DNA of 46,531 nucleotides from Oscillospiraceae bacterium. Its GTDB lineage: Bacteria; Bacillota; Clostridia; Oscillospirales; Oscillospiraceae. The notes beneath the pieces are model-generated. The model searched no databases. It had not been told where the DNA came from and saw only the letters and a list, made by a program, of their open reading frames with translations. The position numbers and the translations under genes are program-made. Positions 17,975-26,218 of the stretch are shown in pieces. The first letter of the stretch is position 1. Every line of letters begins with the position of its first letter. The stretch is from the NCBI GenBank assembly GCA_015068335.1, contig SVKT01000001.1:1-46531 (forward strand), read 5' to 3'.

Positions 17975-18087
17975 ACAAGAATCTTGTCCATAAGAAGAAT
18001 TTAGCACAAGAATCTTGCTGTGTCAAGCACAAATTAACAAGATACTTGTAAAAATAGATTGACAGACACAAGGTTATACAGTATGAT
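17975..18087. promoter_or_regulatory. Divergent sigA promoters with four operator repeats (ACAAG-N3-CTTGT) at a 31-bp period
   Basis: Sites start at 17975, 18006, 18037 and 18068 (last is a half-site); + strand TTGACA(18059)-N17-TATGAT; - strand TTGACA(18026)-N17-TAAATT. Confidence 0.8.
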
Positions 18088-18128
18088 GGTGTCGAAGAAG
18101 GTCGAAATGGCTTGTGGGAGGGAATTCT

Positions 18129-18878
18129 ATGAGTTTTGGAGAACGGATCAAGACACGGCGGGAAGAACTGGATCTTTCCCGCGGGATGCTGGCGGAGCGG
18201 CTGGGGATCTCTGCATCCGCTGTCAGCAACTATGAGAACGAACTCAGTTTTCCGCAGAAAGATGTGATACTCAAACTGTTTGACTGCCTGGAAACAGATC
18301 CCAACACCCTGTTTCAGGACAGTTTTCGCGGCGGCGACAAGGTGCTGACCCGAAGTGAGCGGCAGTTGCTGGAACGGTATCGCGGGCTTTCCCCTATGGG
18401 GCGGGAGAGTGTGCGTGCGGTGGTGGAGGCAATGTGCGCCTACCGTGATGATCTGGAAAGCGGCAGAGTCGAGCAGGAGCCGCGGGTGATCCCGCTGTAT
18501 TGCAGTCCTGCGGCAGCGGGCTATGCCTCGCCGGTGTTTGGGGAGGATTTCGACTACATCACTGTCACGGATGAGGTTCCCCAGACGGCAGAACTGGCTG
18601 TCCGGATCCAGGGCGATTCTATGGCGCCGTATATTGCGGACGAGTCGGTGGTCTACGTGAATCACGATCCCCTGCGGGCGGGAGATGTGGGCATCTTCTG
18701 TGTGGATGGGGAGATGGTCTGCAAGCAGTACTACAAGGACCCGGCGGGCATCGTGTATCTGCTTTCGCTCAACCGCGCCAGGGCCGACGCGGACGTGGTA
18801 CTGCTGCCGGGCGGCAGCCGGTCGCTGGTGTGCTTCGGCAGAGTGATCCTGCACACCCTGCCGGTTGTGGGGAAATAA
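18129..18878 (+). CDS. XRE HTH plus S24 peptidase (CI/LexA-like) repressor
   Basis: N-terminal HTH (ISASAVSNYE), Ala-Gly cleavage site PAAAG, catalytic Ser in GDSM and Lys in VCKQY. Confidence 0.9.
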   Translation: MSFGERIKTRREELDLSRGMLAERLGISASAVSNYENELSFPQKDVILKLFDCLETDPNTLFQDSFRGGDKVLTRSERQLLERYRGLSPMGRESVRAVVEAMCAYRDDLESGRVEQEPRVIPLYCSPAAAGYASPVFGEDFDYITVTDEVPQTAELAVRIQGDSMAPYIADESVVYVNHDPLRAGDVGIFCVDGEMVCKQYYKDPAGIVYLLSLNRARADADVVLLPGGSRSLVCFGRVILHTLPVVGK

Positions 18879-18879
18879 G

Positions 18880-18910
18880 AAAACGGACAGACCGGTGGTC
18901 TGTCCGTTTT
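18880..18910 (+). terminator. Intrinsic terminator
   Basis: AAAACGGACAGACC-GGT-GGTCTGTCCGTTTT. Confidence 0.75.
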
Positions 18911-19013
18911 TATGTTACACATTAGAACGTTTTCCGCCTGCGAAGCAGAGAGCCGGGAAACATTGCGATAAAAAACCGCCTCCCGGGCTCCGGGAGGCGG
19001 CATAATCAAACGA

Positions 19014-19205
19014 TCAGAAACAGATAGCCCACATCGACAGCAGCATAATTCCGGCAGGTACCACAACAAAAGCGATGCCCCTGAGCAGACGGGTCTTGCA
19101 GGCGGCGAAGTTCGGAGCGGTCCGGGCGCACTCTACCAAATCAGAAATCCCTATGCAGCCTAAGACAATAGAGGCTATTCCGGATATTAAAACCAACGCA
19201 AACAT
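19014..19205 (-). CDS. Small two-TM hypothetical protein
   Basis: RBS AAGGAG, two hydrophobic segments, lower GC. Confidence 0.5.
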   Translation of the reverse strand: MFALVLISGIASIVLGCIGISDLVECARTAPNFAACKTRLLRGIAFVVVPAGIMLLSMWAICF

Positions 19206-19256
19206 AAGAAACTCCTTTCTGGGCGACTTTTCTTAATGCTATTACATTAATAATAA

Positions 19257-19991
19257 TTATACGATAAAGCCGCCGTCCACTGTCAGGACCTGCCCGGTGA
19301 TGAAGGAGGCCTTTTCCGAGGCGAAAAACGCCACGGCGTGGGCGATGTCCTCCGGCGTGCCCAGACGTCCCAGAGGGGTTTGCTCCGTGAGAGCGTCCAG
19401 CGTGTCCTGCCCCAGGCCTGTCACCATATCGGTGCGGATGACGCCGGGCGCCACGCAGTTCACGCGGATGTGAGAAGGGGCGAGTTCCAGGGCGAGGGAG
19501 CGGGTCAGAGCGACCAGCGCCGCCTTGGTGCAGGAGTAAGTGACCTCGCAACTGGCACCGCGCAGTCCCCACATAGAGGAAATATTCACGATGCAGCCCC
19601 GCTTTTCGTGGAGCATATGAGGCAGGACGGCCTGAATGGCATTCCGGGCGCCCCGCAGATTGACGTCCATACAGCGATCCCACTGTTCGGTGGTTTCGTC
19701 CTGAAACAGTCCCTGCCCGGCGATGCCTGCGTTGTTGACCAGCAGTCCGATGGGGCCGAGGGTTGCTTCGGCGGCGCGGACCATAGCCTCCACGGCTGCG
19801 CGGTCGGCCACGTCGGCCTGAACGGCCATTGCTGCGTGCCCTTCGCTTTGCAGTTGGCGGACCAGTTGTTCCGCGGCGTCCTTTTGCCGGATGTAGTTGA
19901 TGCATACGGCCCAGCCTTCCCGTGACAGTGCGGTGGCGATGGCGCGGCCGATGCCGCGGGAGGAGCCAGTGACCAGAGCGGTCTGTTTCAT
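19257..19991 (-). CDS. FabG-like SDR oxidoreductase (YmfI / EF-P 5-aminopentanone reductase-like)
   Basis: TGSSRGIG, NNAG, ISSMWG..GASCEVTYSCTK motifs. Confidence 0.88.
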   Translation of the reverse strand: MKQTALVTGSSRGIGRAIATALSREGWAVCINYIRQKDAAEQLVRQLQSEGHAAMAVQADVADRAAVEAMVRAAEATLGPIGLLVNNAGIAGQGLFQDETTEQWDRCMDVNLRGARNAIQAVLPHMLHEKRGCIVNISSMWGLRGASCEVTYSCTKAALVALTRSLALELAPSHIRVNCVAPGVIRTDMVTGLGQDTLDALTEQTPLGRLGTPEDIAHAVAFFASEKASFITGQVLTVDGGFIV

Positions 19992-20103
19992 AGACAAGAC
20001 CTCCTGAGGAGTGATGGGAGCAGTATAACAAAAAAATTAAAATTTTGCAAGAAATGTGTTGACAAACGGAATGAACTCGTGTATTCTAACTTCGTTCCGC
20101 TTC

Positions 20104-20180
20104 GGACGATTAGCTCAGCTGGCTAGAGCACCTGCTTGACGTGCAGGGGGTCACAGGTTCGAGTCCTGTATCGTCCACCA
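20104..20180 (+). tRNA. tRNA-Val(GAC)
   Basis: Anticodon loop TTGACGT and CCA end; promoter TTGACA(20059)-N17-TATTCT. Confidence 0.96.
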
Positions 20181-20331
20181 ACAAACGCCCAGAGCCGTAA
20201 GGCTTTGGGCGTTTTTGCGTCTGCGCCCCCGGCGTTTGGGTTGATGAAAGCCTAAAACCCGGCGGTGCTGCCCGAAAATGTCACGGAATATTTACGATTA
20301 GATGCTATTGGGCGGAATTATTTATCGGCGT

Positions 20332-20391
20332 GTTACGAGTAAAGAAAAAGAGTGGAAAAATATTGCGGCAGGACATATTTTCTGCTAAATT
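20332..20391 (+). promoter_or_regulatory. S-layer gene 1 promoter with upstream GTTACGAGTA box
   Basis: Box 20332-20341; TTGCGG(20363)-N17-TAAATT; same layout at 23089-23149. Confidence 0.65.
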
Positions 20392-20394
20392 AGA

Positions 20395-20595
20395 TTTGCA
20401 GACTTGGCGTGAAAGCCCGAACCTGATACCGGGACTGGTGTAGGTCGACCGTTCCTGTGCCGGCTTTTCCGGCTCGATCCGGAAGAGGTGGGGCAGGGGC
20501 GCGGAGGCGGTTTTGCCAAACAAGACCGGTTCCGGGCAGGCTAGCCCCGACACGAATCCCGGAGCAGGTAAGGACGGACGCGCTGATCCTGCAAA
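20395..20595 (+). ncRNA. Putative structured 5' leader RNA, copy 1
   Basis: Homologous to 23154-23344 with compensatory changes in three stems; closed by TTTGCAG/CTGCAAA. Confidence 0.7.
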
Positions 20596-20619
20596 TACTT
20601 TTTAGGAGGATCCCCAAGT

Positions 20620-21441
20620 ATGAAGAAGTTCCTTTCTCTGGTTCTGGTTCTGGTCATGGCTCTGTCCGTGGTCACCATCAGCGCCGGCGCTGCAACCTTC
20701 TCCGACAGCGCCACCATCAAGTATCCCGAAGCCGCCGAGCTGCTGCACGGCCTGGAAATCCACAAGGGTTTCGAAGACCAGACCTATCAGCCCCAGAACC
20801 TGATGAGCCGTGGTTTCGCCTGCAAGGTCGTCGTTGAGTGCATGATCGGCGTCGAGAAGGGCCTGAAACTGCCCGCCGGCAAGTCCATCTTCAAGGACGT
20901 CACCGCCGACTATCGCTATGCTCCCTATGTCAACTATCTGGCAGATCAGGGCCTGATCGACGGTTACAGCGATGGCAAGTTCCTGCCCAAGGAAGTCATC
21001 TCTGTTGCTGGTATGCTGAAACTGGCTCTGGGCGCTCTGGGCTACAAGGCTGACTACACTGGCGACAACTGGCAGTGGAAGGTCCGCACTGACGCCAAGG
21101 CCGCCGGCCTGCTGAACGGCATCGACACTTTCGCTGCTGACAGCGCCAACCGTGAAGAGATCGAGTGGTACGCCATCCGCCGTGATGAGGGCGCTCAGGT
21201 TATGATGAACGCTCTGCTGGGCACCGTCGTCAACTATGCCGACGGCAAGGCCACTCCCGTCACCAACGCCAAGACCTCTCACTATGACATCACTGCCGGT
21301 GGTACCGCCGACGCTCTGATGCAGCTGTGCGAGAAGTCTATGCCCGACCTGAAGAAGGACGCTGGCGCTCTGGACTTCCTGGATCGTGAAGGCACTGCCT
21401 GGACCAAGGGCGACGCTACCGTCTGCTTCATCCTGAACTAA
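20620..21441 (+). CDS. Short S-layer homology (SLH) protein, paralog of 23371-25884
   Basis: Signal peptide MKKFLSLVLVLVMALSVVTISAGA; SLH motifs FKDV..GLIDGYSDGKFLP; high-expression codon style. Confidence 0.88.
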   Translation: MKKFLSLVLVLVMALSVVTISAGAATFSDSATIKYPEAAELLHGLEIHKGFEDQTYQPQNLMSRGFACKVVVECMIGVEKGLKLPAGKSIFKDVTADYRYAPYVNYLADQGLIDGYSDGKFLPKEVISVAGMLKLALGALGYKADYTGDNWQWKVRTDAKAAGLLNGIDTFAADSANREEIEWYAIRRDEGAQVMMNALLGTVVNYADGKATPVTNAKTSHYDITAGGTADALMQLCEKSMPDLKKDAGALDFLDREGTAWTKGDATVCFILN

Positions 21442-21455
21442 TCTTCCATCCATAA

Positions 21456-21490
21456 TAAAAGACTCCGGACTTCGGTCCGGAGTCTTTTTT
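21456..21490 (+). terminator. Terminator after S-layer gene 1
   Basis: AAAAGACTCCGGAC-TTCG-GTCCGGAGTCTTTTT. Confidence 0.85.
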
Positions 21491-21700
21491 GCAGCGTGCG
21501 GTATGTTTGCCTGCCGCAGATTGCGCTGCGTGCGGTTTTTGACGCGTGCGTTTGGTGAAGCGTTATTGGACAAAGGCGACAGTTTTTGGATAATGGGGCA
21601 AAAAACGGCGTGCCGCGTTGCGAAAATGGAAAATCTGTGATACAAAGAAAGAGAAGAAACGTCCGCAAGGCTGCGGACGGAGCGAGGAGGTGGAACTGCT

Positions 21701-22978
21701 ATGGGGAAAAAGACCTTTCACCGGCCCGACGGCGGAGCGATGCGCCGCCTGCTGGGGCGGAACGTGGATACCTGTGCGGGCGTGATTTTGCGTCTGGCCT
21801 GGAATATGGGCTTGTCGCTGGATGAGATGCACGGCTTGCGTTGGAACGACATCTCCTTTGAAACGGGCACGCTCCGCCTGCCCGGCCGCAGCGTTCCACT
21901 GGATGAGGACACGGCAGGCTGCCTGAAATTCCGGCAGACGCGGCAATTCCACCGCGTGTCTGAATATGTGGTGGTTTCCGACCGGCGCCGCGCGCATATG
22001 CACCGCGTTTACATATCCAGAACCGCGCAGGCGGCGCTGGACACGGAGGAAGCCCTGAAAGACGTCACGCTGAAAGACCTGCGGGAGGATTTTGTCCTCC
22101 GCCAACTGGCGCTGTACGACAGTGCGTGGGTGGCGCGCATCAGCGGTCTGACGCTGGCCACGCTGAACAGCACCTACCTGCCCTTCGCTGCGCCGGAAGC
22201 CTCCGCGGCGGTGAGAAAGCGGCCGACCCGGGTGGAAACGGCAGAATTGGAGGCGCTGGCCTGCACGGCGGGCGCACCGGCGGGTCTTGCCATCTGGCTG
22301 GCGTGGAAACTGGGTCTGGAACTGGAAGAACTGGCGGCGCTGGAATGGCGGCAGGTGGACTGGGTGGAGAGCGTGATCCGTCTGCCCGGCCGTCAGGCAC
22401 CGATGGACGACACGATGCGGGCGCTTCTGCGTCAGGCGTACGACCGACGCTCTCCCGACGCTCCGCCCCAGATCCTGCTGAGCCGGAACGCCCAAACGCC
22501 CTTTGACGTCAGTTACCTCTCCCGCGTGGTACGGATGGCGCTGATCCGGGGCGGTATGGAGCACGTGAAACTCCGCGACCTGAAACGGGAGGAGCAGCGC
22601 AGCGAGGGCGGACAGGCGATCCTGGAACACGCCGCCCGGGCGGGCCATATCAACCGGAACGAAGCGATGGCGCTGCTGCACGAGGGAAAAACGGCGGTAT
22701 ACCGCCGCCTGCGCCGGCTGACGGAGCAGGGCAAACTGGTGCGCATCGGTGCGGAGTATTATCCCGCGGGCGCCGTTGTGCCGCCGGAGGAGCAGTACGC
22801 TGTGATCCGCGCCTATCTGGAACGGGAGGGCGGCGCCTACCGTCAGGACCTGGCGGCGCTTCTCCGCATTGCGCCGCAGCAGTGCGGCTGGATCCTGCAA
22901 ACGATGGTGCAGGATGGCCGTCTGTGCCGGGAAAAGCAGTGGTACACGCTGCCGGCGCAGGAAACTATATATAGGTAA
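21701..22978 (+). CDS. Tandem degenerate tyrosine-recombinase-fold domains plus two C-terminal wHTH-like domains
   Basis: LAWNMGLSLDEMHGLRWNDI/LKDLRE and LAWKLGLELEELAALEWRQVD/LRDLKR resemble integrase box I/II; INRNEAMALL..VYRRLRRLTEQGKL and YRQDLAALL..ILQTMVQDGRL resemble wHTH; RBS GAGGAGG. Confidence 0.75.
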   Translation: MGKKTFHRPDGGAMRRLLGRNVDTCAGVILRLAWNMGLSLDEMHGLRWNDISFETGTLRLPGRSVPLDEDTAGCLKFRQTRQFHRVSEYVVVSDRRRAHMHRVYISRTAQAALDTEEALKDVTLKDLREDFVLRQLALYDSAWVARISGLTLATLNSTYLPFAAPEASAAVRKRPTRVETAELEALACTAGAPAGLAIWLAWKLGLELEELAALEWRQVDWVESVIRLPGRQAPMDDTMRALLRQAYDRRSPDAPPQILLSRNAQTPFDVSYLSRVVRMALIRGGMEHVKLRDLKREEQRSEGGQAILEHAARAGHINRNEAMALLHEGKTAVYRRLRRLTEQGKLVRIGAEYYPAGAVVPPEEQYAVIRAYLEREGGAYRQDLAALLRIAPQQCGWILQTMVQDGRLCREKQWYTLPAQETIYR

Positions 22979-23088
22979 GGCAAGAGTGTCCGACGGGCAG
23001 GGATGGTGGTCTCTGCCCGTTTTTTGTTACAAGATGTGTGACAAACATTTACACATCAATACAAATGGCAGAAAACACTTTACTCTGC

Positions 23089-23149
23089 GTTACGAGTAGG
23101 TAAAAAAGGGTAAAAACTGCTTGCAAAGGGGATTTTTTTCCGCTACATT
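23089..23149 (+). promoter_or_regulatory. S-layer gene 2 promoter with upstream GTTACGAGTA box
   Basis: Box 23089-23098; TTGCAA(23121)-N17-TACATT. Confidence 0.7.
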
Positions 23150-23153
23150 AACC

Positions 23154-23344
23154 TTGCAAACCGAGGCGTGGAATCCGGAGCCTGAATCCGTGACTGGTGT
23201 AGGCCAAACGTTCCCGGACCGGCCGTCCCGACTCAACCCGGAAAGGGTGGTACGGGAGCGAGAAATGGTTTTACTGTTTCTGGGCAGGCTAGCCCCGACA
23301 CGAATCCCGGAAACGGGTGAGGGAAGAAATGCATCTGTTTGCAA
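23154..23344 (+). ncRNA. Putative structured 5' leader RNA, copy 2
   Basis: Homologous to 20395-20595; identical 30-mer GGGCAGGCTAGCCCCGACACGAATCCCGGA; closed by TTGCAAAC/GTTTGCAA. Confidence 0.7.
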
Positions 23345-23370
23345 ATATTTTATTAGGAGGACACCTACCT

Positions 23371-25884
23371 ATGAAGAAGTTCCTTTCTCTGGTTCTGGCT
23401 CTGGTTATGGCCATGTCTCTGGTCACCATCAGCGCTGGTGCCGCGGATTTCAAGGACGAAGCTTCCATCGATCCCATCTATGCTGAAGCTGTCGACGTGA
23501 TTTCCGCCCTGGGCATCGTGAGCGGCAACAACGGCTCTTACCTGCCTCAGGACAACCTGACCCGCGGCGCTGCCGCCAAGATCCTGGCCGGCGTCAAGCT
23601 GGGCGCCGACCTGGCCGCCAAGCTGCCCAAGACCTCTGCCTTCTCTGACGTTGCTGCTGGCAGCACCTTCGCTGGCTACATCAGCTACCTGAAGGACGAG
23701 GGCATCGTCGGCGGTTACGGCGACGGCACCTTCGGCCCCTCCAACAAGCTGACCGGCGACGCCTTCCTGAAGCAGGTTCTGGGCGTCCTGGGCTACAAGG
23801 CTGACGTTGAGGGCTACAATGTTACCGGTTGGCAGGTCTCCGTCGCTATCGACGCCCTGAACGCTGGTCTGCTGGAAGGTATGGAGGAGAATTTCAACTC
23901 CGCCAACCTGATCACCCGTGAGCAGGCTGCTCAGATCATCCTGAACGCCCTGCAGGCTGATATGGTCTACTATCCCACTCAGTCCAGCATCCAGATCGGT
24001 GACATCACCATCAACAACAGTTCCGAGGCTAAGAAGGTTGAGAACGCTGCTACCGCCGACTATGACAAGACTGTCATCAGCACCGACGGCAATGGCGATC
24101 CCGTCTATCGCACCAACACTGTTCAGCAGCTGTGCGAGAAGGCCTTCCCCACCCTGAAGAAGGTCGACAACGTGACCGACGATATGGCTCGTCCCGCTAC
24201 CCAGTGGAACTACAAGGGCCAGTCCCTGGTTCTGGCTGTCGATAACGCCGAGATGACCTATGTTGCTTCTCCCAAGTACAAGGACGTCTATGCTGTCCTG
24301 GGCCTGACCGACAAGGAAGTGCCCTGGGTTGCTTATGAGGACGGCGTTGTTTATTCTAACGCCAACTGGAACAACGGCTATGGCTACAACGGCAAGTTGA
24401 CCGTTGATGGCACCTCCAACATGGTCAACGCCAACCGTCGCTGCGCTTACGAGATCTACTATGATTCCACCAAGGCCACTCCCGTGACCGCCATTATGGT
24501 GAACGAGTATGTCGGTAAGGTTTCTGCCACCTCCGGTTCCGGCGATGCCAGAAAGATCACCATCGTTCCTATGGACAATGCTACCGAGAGCTTCCCCGAC
24601 GGCGTGTCCTCTGTTGAGTTCACCACCACCGAGTACGCTGTGGACGACGTCGTTGTCTTCACCTACTCCTATGCTACCTCCAAGGTTCAGACCGTGAAGA
24701 TCGCCGAGTACCTGACCGGTGAGATCACCCGCGTTGAGACTCTGAGCGGCCGTGCCGACATCTTCGTTGACGATGTCAAGGTCAGCTACGCTTGGGGTAC
24801 TGCCGACGGCAACTGCGACCTGTTCAACAAGAGCGGCCTGTCCATCGGCGACACCGTGAACGTCTATCTGGACAGCAACAGCTACTACCTGTACGTTGAA
24901 GAGGTCGAGGCCGTTGCTTCCGACAAGTTCGCTTACGTCCTGGATGCTGCCGATGAGGCTGCTCCTCTGTTCGGCACTGCTAAGCACTTCGCTCAGCTGC
25001 TGATGACCGACGGCACCATCGAGACCGTTGAGACCGACGAACTGTACACCGCTGAGAAGTATGACTTCGTGACCTACTCCATCGATGAGGACGGTCTGTA
25101 TGTCCTGGACGACGCTGACAACAACAACGTTAACGACACTGTCTCCGTTGACATCAACGGCACGATCTATGCCACCATCGGTGGTTCCGTGACCCTGAGC
25201 AGCAGCACCATCTTCGTTGTGAAGACCGAGGTTGACGGCAAGGCCGTGTACACCTCCTATCTGGGCCACAAGAACGTTCCCAAGATGGACGGCACCACCT
25301 ATGCTGACGCTGTCAAGGCCAAGAGCACTGACACCGCTGTCGCTTATGTCTTCGTCGACGCTACCGCCAACGGCTTCAACCTGAGCACCACCGCTGACAA
25401 GGTTGACTACCTGTATATCAACACCACCGACTCCGGCCGCGAGTATGCCGATGCCAACAACACCTGGTATCAGTACAACGCTGTCGTGAACGGCGAGGTT
25501 GAGACCATTATGGTCGACGCTTCCTGCAAGGCCGCTCTGAGCGCTCGCGCCAAGCTCATCTTCTCCGCCTACAAGGTCAACGACGAGGGCTTCTACTTCG
25601 TCGAGGCTGGCGATGTCGTGACTCCCACCGAGGACTACATCAACGTCGCTAACGGCCAGGGTCTGAATTACGTTGACGGCCTGCTGCTGGCTGGCATCAA
25701 CAAGCCCGAGACCACCGCTGCCTACGAAATGGACGAGGATGTTGTCATCATCTACAACGACAGCAACGCTGTCTACCTGTGGACTGAGGCCAACCTGAAG
25801 AAGGATACCAACGATTACAGCTGGCTGTACGATATCGACGGCGACGCCGACATCGACTTCGTGGTTATCCAGAAGATGGCCTAA
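23371..25884 (+). CDS. Major S-layer protein (N-terminal SLH repeats)
   Basis: Start reassigned to MKKFLSLVLALVMAMSLVTISAGA with RBS AGGAGG; SLH motifs LTRGAAAKI and FSDV..GIVGGYGDGTFGP; acidic Thr/Val/Asp-rich body; strong codon bias. Confidence 0.92.
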   Translation: MKKFLSLVLALVMAMSLVTISAGAADFKDEASIDPIYAEAVDVISALGIVSGNNGSYLPQDNLTRGAAAKILAGVKLGADLAAKLPKTSAFSDVAAGSTFAGYISYLKDEGIVGGYGDGTFGPSNKLTGDAFLKQVLGVLGYKADVEGYNVTGWQVSVAIDALNAGLLEGMEENFNSANLITREQAAQIILNALQADMVYYPTQSSIQIGDITINNSSEAKKVENAATADYDKTVISTDGNGDPVYRTNTVQQLCEKAFPTLKKVDNVTDDMARPATQWNYKGQSLVLAVDNAEMTYVASPKYKDVYAVLGLTDKEVPWVAYEDGVVYSNANWNNGYGYNGKLTVDGTSNMVNANRRCAYEIYYDSTKATPVTAIMVNEYVGKVSATSGSGDARKITIVPMDNATESFPDGVSSVEFTTTEYAVDDVVVFTYSYATSKVQTVKIAEYLTGEITRVETLSGRADIFVDDVKVSYAWGTADGNCDLFNKSGLSIGDTVNVYLDSNSYYLYVEEVEAVASDKFAYVLDAADEAAPLFGTAKHFAQLLMTDGTIETVETDELYTAEKYDFVTYSIDEDGLYVLDDADNNNVNDTVSVDINGTIYATIGGSVTLSSSTIFVVKTEVDGKAVYTSYLGHKNVPKMDGTTYADAVKAKSTDTAVAYVFVDATANGFNLSTTADKVDYLYINTTDSGREYADANNTWYQYNAVVNGEVETIMVDASCKAALSARAKLIFSAYKVNDEGFYFVEAGDVVTPTEDYINVANGQGLNYVDGLLLAGINKPETTAAYEMDEDVVIIYNDSNAVYLWTEANLKKDTNDYSWLYDIDGDADIDFVVIQKMA

Positions 25885-25922
25885 TTCCGGTCTGATTACA
25901 GATCAGGATTAGTTCCTAGTCT

Positions 25923-25956
25923 AAAAAAGGCCCCGGGCTTTCGCCCGGGGCCTTTT
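25923..25956 (+). terminator. Terminator after S-layer gene 2
   Basis: AAAAGGCCCCGGGC-TTTC-GCCCGGGGCCTTTT. Confidence 0.85.
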
Positions 25957-26218
25957 CCTGTGTTTGCGCAGAGTGTTTGCTGCGCTGCGCGCCGCTGCCC
26001 TGCGGGCAAGGCGCTGTCCGTTGCGCAAGGTTCTTGCGGATTTGCGGAGCGGTGCGCTTGCACTGTATGCGGCCGGGGTTGCCCCTGCGCAAAGCGCCTT
26101 CCGCCGCACGTATGAAAAAACGCCGACACCCGGCAGGGTGCGGCGTTTTTGTGCTGTTTGGGGGCTTTGTGCCGGAAAGACCGGTGAGATACGGCGGCAG
26201 GAGAAACCAAAGGCGGCG

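Noticed and set aside
17975-18080. CRISPR array
   Set aside because: Repeats are 13 bp with 18-bp spacers, overlap promoters, and no cas genes are present. Operators fit better.
18129-18878. Prophage or canonical lexA
   Set aside because: No phage genes nearby; the N-terminus is XRE-type and no GAAC-N4-GTTC box is upstream.
20395-20595. c-di-AMP (ydaO) riboswitch call for the S-layer leaders
   Set aside because: Short words resemble it (GAATCC, GCTAGCCCCG), but the GGGGAACC and GGGGTGAAT core and the motif order are missing. Needs cmscan.
21701-22978. Active integrase or invertase of a mobile element
   Set aside because: Catalytic Arg/His residues are substituted in both domains, and the flanking repeats are direct, so inversion is not supported.
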